A stretch of DNA of 64,000 nt from Rhizaria sp. SCN 62-66. Lineage: Eukaryota. Below, one piece after another: positions 45,378-59,242 of the stretch. Position 1 is the stretch's first letter; every line of letters begins with the position of its first letter. The position numbers and the translations under genes are program-made. Under the pieces are notes generated by a model. That model ran no database searches and had not been told where the DNA came from. It saw only the letters and a list, made by a program, of their open reading frames with translations. The stretch is from positions 62,001 through 126,000 of the forward strand of contig MEDY01000005.1 in NCBI GenBank assembly GCA_001724265.1, given 5' to 3'.

Positions 45378-48300
45378 ATGAATGTGGCCCCCGAAGTGGC
45401 CGCCGTGGTTGGCTTTGACCTCGCTCCGGCCCCGCTTTTCTCCTTCACAGACACCGTTCTGGATGGCACTTCACAGCTCTACGTTGCGGAAGGTACGCAA
45501 CTCCCCACCATATGTCTTACCGCAACAAAGATCTCTCGGCGTACAGCATGTTGCTATGCATTAGAACGACTCTCTAATTTTGCGGCATCCTCTCTGCTGC
45601 CTGCTTCCTAAATAATGTCGCTCTAAACTCCCAATATTCCGTATCGCCCGCGCTCACTCTCGCCCACTCTGCTCATCTTGACATCTCACAACACCCGCGT
45701 AGACAACGTCGCCGTGTCTTTGACCCCCAGTGCGCTGACCTTCTACGACTTGGAGGCGCCCTCGGCCGCGCAGTCGGGCTTCCTCGCGGGCCCTGCGCCC
45801 GCGGTGCACCTGCCGCCGCTGTGGGCGCAGACGCACTCACTCGCCCACATCGAGCCCGCCGACGAGTCGCTGCACCCGGACCTGCTCTTCGTCGCCAACA
45901 ACAACAACAGCTGCGTTGATGCCAACACGAACGCTAGCAGCAGCTCTAACACCAGCAACAGCGCTGATGACAACACGAACAAGCCGACCGCTGCTGCTAC
46001 TGAGATGGCGAATTATTCGGGTGCGAATGTGGTCGCGCTGCCGGCCGAGAAGCTGCTTAAGGCCGCGGTCAGGAGGCGGCTCCTGGCGGCACACGCGCGC
46101 CTGCAGCGGGAAATGAAGCGGGAGCATGCGAGCCCTCCCAGCGCCAGTGCAGCCTCGACTGCGGCCTCAACTTCCACTGACGGCAACCCGGCGACCGCGG
46201 CCGCGACTGCGGCCGCGACTGCAGCTGCTGCTGCTGGCCCCGCGGTGGCTGGCCCGAAGAAGCGCCTGGGCGTTGTGATCGCGAGCAGCGATGCCTCGGC
46301 GGCGCCCGTTGCCGAGTCGTCGTATCTCGTTGTCACCATGCGCAACCGCCTCCGCGCGATGCCGCTCTTCCTCGAGCTCAACAGCAATAGTAGCAGTACC
46401 AGCAGCAGCAGCAGCAGCAGTAGCAGCAAAGCCAACGCTAGCGCTAAAGCTATTGCCGACAACAGTGCGAATAGCGCCGCCGAGCTCTCTGAGGCGCAGT
46501 TGCAACTGCAGTCCCTGGCGCAACAACAGCAGCAGCAGCAGCCGCAGCCGAGTCAGCTCGGCCTCCACTCGTCCACTTTCCCATGCCTCAGCACCTCCGG
46601 CGGGCCCCGTGCCTCCGCGCCTGTGGTGCCGCCGTCGCAGCACTGGCTGCTGCGCTCGTGGTGGGCCGCGCCCCCGCTGGCGACCCACAACATCCTCTCG
46701 GCGGATCGTAGCCCGCCCGCGCGGACCTTCGCGCTCGCCGCCTCGGCCGCCGCGGGAACCGCGCCGCACAGCCGCTGCGCCGTCGCAGTCGCCACCTCCG
46801 GCGGCGCCGCCGTGCTCGCCTGGCCGGCCGGCGCCGCGGCGGGCGCGGGGACGGCCGCCGCCATTGTGGAGGGGCGGGGGATCCGGCCCGTCGCGAACCT
46901 GCGGCTGATGCTCATGCGCGCCGTGCAGAGCGACTACGCCAGGGTGCTAAGGCGCGCGCTCAGGCTCAGGGCCGCGGTTGCGCAGGCTGCCGCCAGGGCG
47001 CTGGCTAGTCCCAGCACATCAGCCGCTGCCGCTGCCGCTGCGACGGCTACGGTTGCGGCGGCGGCGGCGGCGGCGGCGACGGAGAACGCTTGGGACTATA
47101 ACAAGTGTAACGCCAGCGACGAGGACAGTGCTAAGCAGCAACTGCAGCAGCAACAGCATCAAAAGGCGTATAGTGACATGCTCAGTGCCGTATCGAGCGT
47201 CAACGCGAGCTTTATCCTCGCAGCGCCCTCGCTGGCAACTGCCATGAGCACGGTCACTGCAGTGTCCTTCTCCCCGCCGATCACGCTTGCCGTACCGCGG
47301 CTCAGTACCCCCTTAGACGCCGCGCTCCAGTTCACGCAGCACCGCGTGGCGGTCATGGCCGTGGGCTCCCGGGCAGGCACCGTCGCGTTGTATCTCGTGC
47401 CCGCGCACTGGGCCGAGAGCGGCCGCCACACCGTAGACGCCGCAGTCTCTCCACTCCCAGTCGCTGGAGCCGCATCGCAGGCCGCGGCTGGCTCCGCGAC
47501 GGGGCGCTACGTCATGCCGAGCAACTTGCACGTGTTGCCGCTGGTCCAGGGCGGCGACGCCGCCGACGGTAAGGCCGCGCACGCTGCGTCCAAGTGGGGG
47601 GTCGACGCGCTGCCACTGTCAATGTGTCCCGCGGAGCCTCTGGCTAGGGCGCTCGCGCTCGCGGCCCTTAGCCCAGGTCTAAGTGCCCCCTCGGACGGCA
47701 GCTGGGCGCTGAGCCACCCGTCGCACTCTCACCTGGCGCCGTTCCCAGTCTGCATCGGCAGCGTCGTCCTGGACCAGGCGGGTTCTCACGGCGGTGGCGC
47801 CACGACAGTGAGCCACGGCAGCGCGCTGTTGGCTCTGCACGAGATGTACATCAAGCAAGCCGAGTGCAGTGCAATGAGTCACGACTCGACTGCTCGGTCA
47901 CAGCCGCAGTCTGCGCTGCCGTCGGCGTTTGCGCTCGGCGCAAGGCCAGCGGTCGCTGCAGTCAAGTTTGCCTCAGACTGGCTTGCCGCCACCTGCGACG
48001 CGGACGCCGTCAGCGTGAGCACTGCCAGCGCGCAGTCGCGGAGCGGCGGCGAGCTGAGTGTCGGCCTGGGCAAACGCGTGCTGCTCACGGTCACCCTTAC
48101 GTCGGGCCACACGGTGCCTCTCACGCTCGCGTTGCCCAAGCTCCTCGCATTCACGCCCGCACACGCGGCAACAGCTGCGAAAGCGGCCACTGCTGCAACT
48201 GCCCCTGCCGTTGTTGGCACTGCGAGTGGCCGTGAGCAGAATTCTCCAGCGGCGGCGACACGGCTGCGGTCGGCGCAGTGGTTTGCCGCGGCGCCCAGCT

Positions 48301-51300
48301 CCCAGCCGCCGCTGCTGGCCGCGGTCGCCGCCCTGCCTACCAGCACGGCGGCCGTGACCGCGAACCCCGCAGGTACCACGGGTACCGGCGTGACTGCGAT
48401 GCCGCCGGGCCTGTGTCCGCTGCAGGACTGGGCCCGCGTCGCCATCCGCGTTGCCACTGCCGCAGCCACTGCCTCTGCTTCTGCGACTGTTAGTGTCACT
48501 GCGGCTGCAACTGGGGCCGATACTGCGAGTGCGAGAGCTGGTGGGAGGGTGAAGAAAGAACGCATGACGGACACAGACACCAATGAGTCCGCTTCTTCTC
48601 GCGCTCCTGTCGATGTCACAGTCGCCAGTCTTGGTACCCTGCGCGTGTCGCACTTGCACTACGGCGCAGACGGCTCCGCGCTTCACTGCTCGCTCTTGAC
48701 CTCCTTAGACCGCAGCGCCAGTGCCCCCTTAGCCAGTCTAAGTGCCCCGCCGCTGCCGCACGGACTCCCGTCGGCCCCGCTCAGCCTCAGTTTCCTGCCC
48801 CACCGCCTGTGTCTCGAGATGACTGCCGGCGCGACGGCCGCGGAGGCGGCTATGGACGCCGAAACCAACACCGCCAGCAACGTGAATGCCAACTCAAACG
48901 AGAGCACTCTGAACGCTGATGTTGCATGTGGCCGGCTTAGCTTTGATGCGCAGACGCGGCTTATCTTCCGCGCCCGCCGCCCCGTGCCGCTGGGCACCGT
49001 GGTGGCGACCGGCACCGACGGCGGCGTCGTGTTCGCCTCGCTCTGGCACCTGCCCGCCCCGCGCCTGCTGCCGGCCCCAGCCTCGCTACTACTGGGCAGC
49101 GACGCGACGGAGCCCGCAGCAGCGGCTGCGACCTCTGTACGGAGCAGCAGCGCGGGCCGGCTGGTGTGGGGCGCGGTGCTGCGGTCCGACCGGACCAGCG
49201 GCGCCGCTCTGCCCGTGGCGCTGCCGCCCTATGTGGACCCGCAGGCGCTGGCCGAGATGGCGGGCGAGGCGGTCAGCGCTCTGGCGCGGAGCAACAGCGC
49301 CGCCAGTGTGCGCGGTGGTGCGGACAGTAGCGCCGAGAGTGACGGCTGTCCCGCGAATGTTGTCGTTGTGAGCACGCCGCTAGAGGCTGAGAACAAGAAC
49401 GTCAAGAGTGTCTCCAAGAAGACGGAACTTAGTGCCTTTGATGCGAGTTCTATTCTTTACAGCAGCGCCAATGTCGGCGCTGTCAGTAAGAAGACTGTGG
49501 CCGTTTTCGTCGACGCCTCCGCCCTCAACCTCTCGCTGCTGCCCCAGCTGCAGCTCGACGCCCCCCGCGCGCCGCTGCACCTGTCGCACTTCCCGCTGCA
49601 CCTGCTCATCGCGCCCTCGCGCGACGGGCTCTCCCTGCTCTCGCAGCTGCTGCTGCTGCCTGGCCCCGGAGCCGGCCCCGGCCGCCTGCCCGCCCACAGC
49701 GTGCACTCGCTGGCCTCGCTCCCGGCCAACGCTGTCGCCACTACTGCCACGGCCGGCGGCGGCGGCAGCGCGCGCGCCCGCTACAGCGAGCTCGTCGGGC
49801 TCCCGTCCGCCGTGGCCGCCGAGGCCGTCGCGGGCGCGGTCGCCACGCGCGTCTCCCCGCACGGCAGCGGCGTTGGCGTTGACGGCGGCAGTCGCAACGG
49901 ACTGGAGGGCGCGTGCTTCCTGTCTAACGCGCTGTCGGTGCGCTCTCCGTGGCACGACCCGCGGTACATCGACCCCTCGCTGCTCACGGTCGCTCACAGC
50001 GCCGTCTCGGTCACCATGGGCAACGTCACACCCTCGCTGCCGACCCCGCTCAACGCCTACAGCCTGACGCAGCTCGCCTCCGCCGGCCTGTCCGCCGACG
50101 CCGCCGCATCCCACGGTCACTCGGCTGCCCAGGGTCACTACCTGGGGCTGGACCCGTGGTCGGACTGGTACCGGCGGCTGTTCGCGCGGCAGCAGAGCGA
50201 GCGCGCGCGCCTCAGCGCGGGGCTGGGCAGCGAGTCGCACATCGAGGCGCTGCAGGCGAAATACGCCGCCGAGGACGCGGAGGCCAAGCGGTGCAACGAG
50301 ATGCACAAGAAGAAGCACAACAACAAGAAGAGCAAGAAGGGCAAGGCCGCTATCGACGTCGACCTGGGCGGTAACACCGTCGCCGACGACAGTCAAGACG
50401 ACGACGGCGACGACGGCGACGACGACGACGCTGGTGATGGTGACGGCGGTGACGCGTCGCGTGGCAGCGCTGTGAAGGATGGAGAGGAAGAGAAGGACGA
50501 CAGCCCGCCGTCGTACCTGCCCCCCGTGTCGGCGCCCAGCGACGCGACGGGCACGCAGATCAAGCGCATCCTGGCCGCACCCACGCTGTCAGCCGCGCTG
50601 GACGCACTCATCATGGGGCAGCAGTCGGCGCGCGTGACCGTGAGCGCCGAACCCGTGGCGGGCACTGCGGTCGGCGAGTGGCTGGGGTACCACAACGACA
50701 ACGACGACGACGACGATGATGATGACGATGACGATGACGAGAATGACACTTACTGTGACGCAGACGCTGTGAATGAGTTTGAGCAGCAAAGCGGTGATTG
50801 TGATGTTGTTAGTCTGATTTTCGGTGCCGAGCGCAGCTCTGGCACTAGCAGCTCTCGCCCCTCTGCTATGGGTGAAGACAGCGACGATCGCATCGACATC
50901 AGCACCACTGCGCAAACCAGCAAGCACCGCCGCAGTCGCAATCGCTTTCCGTCGACGCCCGCGCAGCCCCCCTCGTGCCTCAGCCCGGACCTGCTGCTGC
51001 TCTACGCGTCGTACCAGGCCCTCGTCTCGGGCGCGGTCCGGGGCGCGCGCGCAGCCGCCACGGCCGCGCTCCGCAAGGATGACTACCACACGCACACTCA
51101 CGCGTCCGCCTCTAATTGTTCCGACGCTGGGTCTAAGGGTTGCACCGCGACGGCGGCCCCGTCTCTGGTCGGTCTGTCGTGGAACCGCGTGCGCGGCAGC
51201 GTCAACTACATCATGCACGCCCAGGCCGCGGCCTACAGCGCCTTTCTCGTTCGTGCCGCCAAGCACCAGAGCGTCGCCGGCGTTACACACAGCAGCCTCG

Positions 51301-54300
51301 GCAACGCCAGCAAGGCGAACGACGGCAACAGCTCAAGCTCCAGCTCTAACACTGCATCCGCCAGTGCGGTCGCCAGCTCTGCCTCTGCCTCTGCTGCTGC
51401 TGCTGCCGCTGGCGCGAGCGCGAGCGTAGAGACTGGCGACGCTGCGACGGAGGGCTCGCACTGGTGCAGGTACGCGCCCTCCTCGGCGGCGCGCGCGTTC
51501 CTGTCGCTCTCGCCCGCGGCGCTGTGCCGCGTCGGGCTGACGGACCCGCTGCCGGCGACGGTCATGGCCGCGCTCGCGGCTGGGCAGAGCACCACGTACG
51601 CCGCAGCGAGCACACCCGACGTGTACGACGTCAGCACCGACGGCGCGGCGGGCAACGCGAGCAGCAGCAGCAGCGGCAGCGCCGATGGCAAACAGGCGCA
51701 GAGTGGCGGTGTCGGCAAGGTGTGGTTCTCGCTTCCCTTGGATCCCGCGATCTCTGCCGCGCTTACCGCAATCAACGCCAACAAGAGCAAGTCTATTTCG
51801 GTCGTTAACGCGCGCGGCTCGGACCAGCAGCAACAGCAGCAGCAGCAGCGAGACGGGTCTGCCCCTGCTGCTTTCTCGGAGCGCGTGCAGGCGCTCGACG
51901 CGCTGCTGCGCTCGCTGCTCGCGGTCCCCACGGCCACGGCCTCGGCCACGCTGCTGCCCGTTGGCCCCGCGATCGCGCTCACTTTCGCGCTGGCCGCGCT
52001 GCAGTGCCCCACGGTGGCCGGCGTCACCAACGGCGCCGGTGTGCTGTTTGGGCAGAGCCTCGGCGGCGTAAGTGCCCCCTTAGACGGCGCGGGGAGCAAG
52101 GAGGCGCTGTACTGGTACCACAAGACGCGCAAGCAGCAGCAGAGCGTGCACCTGCGCGTGTCGAAGCAACTTGCAATTTCTCAGTCGCAAGTGGCACAGC
52201 GTTCGCCCTCCCAGTCGCTCTCGCCGTCCTCGTTGCAATCGCTGTCGCAGTCTGAGCTCGCGTTTGCGCTGTCGTGGTCGCGTGTGGCGCTTTTTTCGGT
52301 CCGCCACCTGGCGCGCGCGGCGCTGGAGATCACCGCTGCGATCGCGGCCTCGGCCGCGGCCGCTGAGGAGGCGCGCACGCTCGCCTTTGCGATGTCGCGC
52401 CGCAACGCCTTCTCGCAGCAGAACGCGAGCGGCGGCGCCGGCGGGGCGAGCGGCGGGCGCGGCGAGGGCGACTGGTGGGACCGGGGGCTCGCAGCGGCCG
52501 CAAAGTCGCGGGCGCGGGTTCGCGACAACAGCAACCTCGCTCACGGTCGCAGTCGTAGCCACGGGAACGCTAAGAGTAGCGGCGTGGCCGAGCAGCGTGC
52601 GCCGTATCACCAGTACTACAACGGCGACAACAGCAGCACTGGCGCTAGCGACGACGATGACGACATCGACAAGCTGTACAAGTCCGCATTCTCCGATGGT
52701 AACGACGACGATGCTGACTCAAATGCGGATAACAAGGACGGCAACGCGAAGACTACGCGCAACAGCAACAGCAGCGGCCGGAGGAACAAGCGCTCCCGCT
52801 TCGGTCCCGACGCAGAGCAGGATGACAGCGGCGCGAGCGACCGTGAGCGCGACGGCGACGGCGACGACGCCGACAAAGACGTCAACGACATTATGGTGCT
52901 GACCGCGAGCGACCTGGCCGCGTCCGTGGTCCGCCTCGCCCACCGCAAGCCCAAGGCAAACTTCTGGAACACGGTGGCGCTGCGCCGCTGGGTCAAGTCC
53001 GTGGCGCTGCTGTCGGCCGCCAGGGCCGCGGTGACCGAAGCCGTCAGCGCCGCCAAGGCCGTCTACGGCGCGAGCGCCAGTGCCAGCGTCAGTGCCAGCG
53101 CTGACGGGGCTGATATGGCTGACGGCGGCTACCTAGACTTGATCGACCGCGACCGCGTGATTGCCCGCGCACTGGTTCTCGCGAAACAAGCCAACAACCA
53201 CCTCCCGTTTGACGACGAGCACGACAAAAGCAACGACGACGCTCCCGACGTTGATCCGGGCTGCATGGGCACCCCGGCCTACAACGCGGCGCAGGAGCGT
53301 CTGTACGCGCGCGGCGACCCGGCCGCCGTGGTCGCCATGGTTGACGCTACGCTCGCCGTCACGCGCGCGCGCCTGCCGGGCGCCGGCGAGGCGGACAAGC
53401 AGGTCGCAGCCGCGGCGGTGGCGGCCGCGGAGGTCGAGGCCGCGCGGCTGTACAAACAGCCTCCTCGCAACCCCAAGGGCAAGGGAGACAGCAACAGCAA
53501 CGGCGGCGACGCGAGCAGCACCGCGCTTGTGGTGGCTGACGCCAAGGCGACGCCGAAGACCAAGAGGGTCAAGGTCAAGACCGAGGCTCAGGGCGCGCGC
53601 GGTGGGAGGAGCGGCAAGGCCCCGGTCGAGAGCGAGAGCGAGACGACGAGCGAGAGCGAGGACAACAGCGCCCGGGACAAGACTTCGAGGGCCGTGGCGG
53701 CGCGGGCGACGAAGAAGACGACGGCGACGGCGATGACAGATGTGGCGACGGCGGCGACGGCGGCACCGAAGAAGACGTGGTCGCGCCGTCCTAAGGGTGA
53801 GGTGAGTCGCAAAGAAGCGCAAGAGCAGCACGAGGCGGCGGGCGCGGCGGCGATGGCCAAAGCGACTGCGATCGCTGAGAGCATGGGCGCGGTCCCCTCC
53901 GAGGCGGTGGTGCGCGGCCTGACTTGCAACACCGACAGCGAAGACTCGGACTCGGACTCGGCGCTCGACGCCGGCGTCGGCGGCAACGACGACGGCGACG
54001 ACTACAACGAGGACAAGGACAGCGACGGGGACGGGAGCGAGAGCTACAACAGCGACGCCTCCGACAACGACGACGACGATGACGGCGACGCCCCGAGCCG
54101 CGGCAAGGGCCAGCGCAGCCGCGTGCGCGCTGGGTCCAAGAAGGTCCTGAGCGCCTCGGCGCGCGCGCGCGCCCGCGATCGTGCCCGCGCGCGCGCACGC
54201 TTTAGCAAGCTGCTGACGACGGACCTGCCCAGCTCGTACGACTTCGCGGTGGCGAGCCAGCTCATCCGGCGCAGCGCGCACAGCACGACGACGACGGCCG

Positions 54301-57300
54301 TAGTCAACACATACGCCGCCGCCGTGGCCGGCCTGCAGCGCCGCCGCCGCAAGGCGCTGCTCAAGGCGCAGAAGGGCATGGCGCTGCTGCGGACCGCGCA
54401 CGGCGGGCCGGGCGGCGCCGACGCCGACGCGGGCGGCCGCGGGCTCCAGCTCGACGGCGGCGCGCTGTGGGGCTACGGCGGCGTTCTGAGCGAGCTCGAC
54501 AGCGTGCGCAGGTGGGAGGAGGAGGCGCGCCGCCGGGGCGAGGCCGCGGTTGCGATCGCCGACTGGGTCAAGGCCGAGTGGAAGCGGGAGAAGGATCGCC
54601 GCAAGCGCGCAAAGGCCAAGGCGCTCGCAAAGGCTGAGGCCAAGGCCAAGGCGGCTGACGCTGCGGCGAGCGCGGCCGACGCGAGTGCGAGTGCGAGTGC
54701 GCGCGTCGGCTCCGCGAGTGACCGCCTCGACGAGAGTGACAGCGAGAGCGAGAGCGAGTCTGAGCAGGACGGCTTTTCGTGGCTGTGGGAGGGCGAGAGC
54801 GGCAGCGACGACGACAGCGGCAAGAGCGACAATGATGGCGTTAGCGCGAGTGCTGGGAAGAAGACGAAGGGCAAGAAGCGGCAGCAGGAGCAGCGGCAGC
54901 AGCAGCAGGCTGATGACGCCGACGACGACGACGACTACTCCATGCTGCTATCGTCGCTCTCTGCACTTGCGCTCTCCGGCAACAACGGCCAGAGCACGAA
55001 CAAGAGTGGGGACAACGGCGCGAGCAACAGCTCGAGCGCCAGTGCCAGTGCAAATACCCCATTAGACAAGCTGTTGCGGATCAAGAAGGCTGACCGTGTC
55101 GGTGGCATCGACCTCTTCGGAAACACTCTCGCTTTTGCACTCGCTTCTGCCGCTGCGGCCGCAGCCTCCGCCTCCGCCACCGCTGGCGCCACTGCAACTG
55201 GGGCTTCGAACCCCTCGTCCTCGTCGTCGGATCCTGCTTTGTCGTCTATGTACCCTTTGGACCGCTGCAACTTTGCGCGCTTACCCCGCAACTCGCTGCT
55301 TCTGTTCCCGCCGCTGCCCGCCACCACGCTGACGCCCTCCGTCGCGGCCGCAGTGGTCACGACAGCCGCGCACGTTGACACTGACCCCGGCTCTGGCGCT
55401 GGCGCGACAGCGACTGCGCGCGCGAGTGCGGGGGGCGGCGCCATGCACCTCGCGAGCGTCATCCCCGGCCTCAACTGGGGCGTGCTAGCGGCCAGTAGCA
55501 GCGGCGGCCGCGGGATCGTCGCGGCGGCGGACGCCGCGCGGGCCGCAGGGCGGGAGGCGCCCGCGGTGCCGCTGCCGCTGCTGGCGCTTGCGCAGGGCGC
55601 GCTGATGGCCGTCGAGGTGACCGTGGGCAACGTCACGGCAGCGATCGCCGCTGCGACGGCCGTGCTTGCGACGGCGACCACGTACACTGTTGCGGTTGCG
55701 GGCCATAGCTCTCGGGAGTTGAGTCGCTACGACCGCAAGCTGAGCCGTGTTGAAATGCTGTCTGCGCTCATGGGCAGCGATCACTTTACGATGGCGCTTG
55801 CTCAGACTGCCAAAAATGCTCTGGGGTCGCTCTCGAACAGTCGCAATGGTCCTAGCAACAACGCACCTGCCATTACGAACGCTGTCGCTGGGAACGAGTC
55901 AAGTCGCGACATTGCTGACTCGATAACTGTTCCCGTGGCTCCGTCTAAGCATTCCCTCAGTGCATACTCGCAGCAACAGCGGCAGTGGCTGTCGGCAGTC
56001 CTCGCAGGCGTAGCCGCGCCCTGGCGCGTACTCACGGTCACCCGAACCGACGCCAACAGCAAGACGAGTGCCAAGGGCAAGACCACTGACTCGAACTCAA
56101 GCGCGTGCGCGAGTGCGAGCTCGAGCTCGAGCAATGTTCCCACTGCAGCGGCCACCGTCACTGCCACCGCGGCTCTGCTCCTGTCGCCGCCGACCCTGCT
56201 CTCGCTGGCGCTCTTTCCCGCGGCCTGCGCAGCCCGCGAAACGCTGTACACGCGCTCTCTCGCGCTCGCACTTGCGCAGAGCGGGGCGCTGGAGGACGTG
56301 TACTCGGCATGGCAGGCGGCTGTTGAGCGGGTGAGCGGCCCCTTAGACGGTGTAAGTGGCGACGTGGACGGCGGTTTCGCGTGTGATATGGGTGACTTCC
56401 TGATGAAGCCCATCATCAGCTACGCCGAGAGCAATAGCAGTGCTAGTCGCGCTCTCATGAGTGACTCCGATGTTATTGTTGCGAACAACACTCGCACTCC
56501 ATCTCGCGCGAGCGCCTCTGTGCCGCTGCTGCCGCTGTCCCCGCTGCCGCTTATCCTCAGCCGCCTTGCTGCGCTGGCCGCCGCGCGCCAGTGCCCGGTC
56601 CTCCTCTCCGCTCACCGCAACCGCTCTGCGGCGGCCACTGCTGCGGCCCCCGTGCCGCGGCCGCTGGCGCCGGCGCACTTGTTTGCGCTCAGCGACCCCC
56701 GCTTCACGCGGGAGCGCGCTGCAATCGCGGCCGCCATGACTGCCTTCGCTGCTCTCAACAACGTGAGCGCTCAGAACACTAGCAGTAAGGCTGTCAGCGC
56801 GTTGATGTCGCAACTGTCGCTTGGCCCGACCGTCACTGCGCGCGAGTGGTCCGTGCGGCCGAGCTTAAAGCTTTGCCGCCACAGCGACGGCGCGGTTAGT
56901 CACAACGACTGCAATAGCAGCGCTCTTTTTGCTCACAACTCTGTTGCGGGCAGCCACGTGTTCTCGTGGGATACGGAAGCGTTAGCGCCGCGCCACTGGC
57001 AGCGCGGCATTGCAACCGCGGCCGCCCAGCTTACCATCACCACGACCGCAGCCAACGCAGCCACGGAAGCTTCTTCTGCAACTGGCGCCGTCCTTAGTGT
57101 GCAGAGCGAAGGCTTGCCGCTGCTGTCTGCGCCCACCGCCGCCGCTGCGGCCGCGCTCGCCCTCGCTCGTCCAAGCAACGGCATTGACGCAAATGCCAGC
57201 TCAAGCTCACATGCGAGTGCGAATGCGAATGTGAAGGTGCTGTCGCAGAGGGTGGGTCTGGCCCCGCTGCTGCGCTGCTCAGTCACGGGCGCCTCCGCGG

Positions 57301-57899
57301 CGCTCTGGGGCGAAGGCGGCACGGGCACCGCCGTCCCCGCTCCGATCCTCTTCCGCGGCGGCGCTGCGACCGCGAGCGACGGCGCATCGGCGCTGCTGGC
57401 GGACCTGGCGTCGCTCGAGTGGTCGCGGCAGGTCCGCGGCGCCGTGCGCCACGCAGTGCGCGGCGCCGTCTCCGAGTGCGTGTGCTGCCGCCAGCCGCTC
57501 TGGGGGCTCTTGCTGTCGGCTCCCGCGGCCGCCACGGCACCCGCGGCCTTCAGCAGCAGCCGCGTCGCCGCGCCCGGCGGCGTCAGGGTGCACGTGCGCG
57601 GGCACACGGTGCCTGACGCGGCTGCGGGGCCCGGTGCGGCCGCGCATGCCGCAGAGGGGCTGCTTACCGCGGGCAAGGGTGAAGAGAGTGTGAGTGGGGT
57701 GCTGTCGAAGTACAGCCCTGAGACGATCGCCGCTGCAGTGGCCACGGTCGCGAATAACAACGGTAGGATCGCGGTGGACAACAACTCCACGACTACCGAT
57801 GGAAGCTCTGGTCCGGAGCACAATAACCTTACGGGCGCTCTTGAAACTGCTCTGGCTATGGCTCTGAGGTGCGCTCTCTGTGGCGCTGTCGCACGGTAA
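45378..57899 (+). CDS. ~4,100-aa protein, tentatively TFIIIC subunit 4 (GTF3C4/tau60)-like and massively inflated
   Basis: Exon 45378-45492 plus a 12.2-kb exon 45703-57899 (intron GTACGC..TAG, phase 1). Dispersed beta-propeller-like strands (RCAVAVATS, AVSFSP, MAVGSRAGTVALY) and a C-terminal Cys pattern HVF..RCSVTG..CVCC..CALCG. The CDS is secure; the product call is tentative. Confidence 0.5.
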
Positions 57900-58693
57900 T
57901 CGATTAAGCTTTAACAACGACTGTGGTATGGATATCTAGCTATCTCTTGACGTATTATGGTCGTCCTTTATCACAAAGCCGAACAATTATTTAATAATAA
58001 AACTTGGAATCTAGTCACGAACGTACCCAACTTGTTACGTCGCGGCGCTTCAGTGTGCCTGTCAAGCAAAGAATAAATAAATGGAGCAAATAGATTTGAC
58101 AGAATATGTGCACAATCTATCGAAGTTAAACCGAAAAATGTTTCCTTGTTACTAGTATCGCATTGTTCAAGTTGCCAAAGTTTGATGGGTCACTGTCGAG
58201 TCTCACAAAACAAACTATAGACACAGCTTGAAAATCAGAACAATCAGAGACATTATCTACTCGTGCCGCGCAACGCATGTCATCGATAGCGTCTTCTATT
58301 TCAATACGAGTACTGTATCTTTCAATGGCTCCGTCATCTTTCGTTCCGTAATCATCTAACGTGCACTAAGGAGTTGTATTAACGTACGAACTACAGTCTT
58401 TGTCGCAACAGCGTCGGCATAAGTGGGAAATACTATTTAAAAAATGAGCCAACAACAGTGGCAGCGACAATAAAAGCCAGAATGAAAATAAGAAAACCCT
58501 CAAGAAATGGCTACTGAGATAGTATCAATAACTGTGTGCTTGCCAATGAGGCTGCTTGACACTAGTCACTGTGGCAAAGCAACATGCAAAAAAAGAATTT
58601 CTAGATAACGCAACTAAATATGCAGGGGGAGCGCGGAGCCGCGTCGAGACCAGCTGCGAAACGCAGACCAATGTGTCTGCTTCGCCGCTCGAC

Positions 58694-59242
58694 TCACGCG
58701 GTGGTCTTGGTGAGCGTGTCTGCGAGCCAGTCGAGCGCGTCAGTGAGCCCGGCGCCCGTGGTGGCGGACGTGGGCTGAATGCGGTACGCGCGGTCCGTAA
58801 CGCTGGTGAGCTCGAGCATGCGCGCGATGTCGTCGACGGCGAGCGCGCCATGGGCGTCCTGCTTGTTGGCGAGGATGAGCAGCGGTGTGCGGTGCAGCGC
58901 CTCCTTGAGCAGCACGCGCTGCAGCTCCGCCTTGACCAGCGGCAGCCGCGTAACGTCGGTGCTGTCGATGACGAAGATGACGGCGGCCGAGTTGACGAAG
59001 TACATGTCCCAGATCTGCCGCAGCGCAGTCTGACCGCCCACGTCCCACACCTGCAGCTCCAGGTTGCGGTGCTTCACAGATTCGACGTTGCTCCCGATCG
59101 TCGGCTGCGTCTCCACAACCTCGCCCAAGCCCCAACGGTAGAGAATCGTGGTCTTGCCCGCGTTGTCGAGCCCGAGCATGCAGAGCTTGTACCGCGTCGA
59201 ACCGAAGAAGCGGTTCCACACGCGAGAGACGACCAAACCCAT
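58694..59242 (-). CDS. ARL5: Arf-like small GTPase ARL5
   Basis: MG myristoylation start, GLDNAGKTT, PTIGSNVE (typical of ARL5), WDVGGQ, ANKQD, SATTG. Confidence 0.88.
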   Translation of the reverse strand: MGLVVSRVWNRFFGSTRYKLCMLGLDNAGKTTILYRWGLGEVVETQPTIGSNVESVKHRNLELQVWDVGGQTALRQIWDMYFVNSAAVIFVIDSTDVTRLPLVKAELQRVLLKEALHRTPLLILANKQDAHGALAVDDIARMLELTSVTDRAYRIQPTSATTGAGLTDALDWLADTLTKTTA

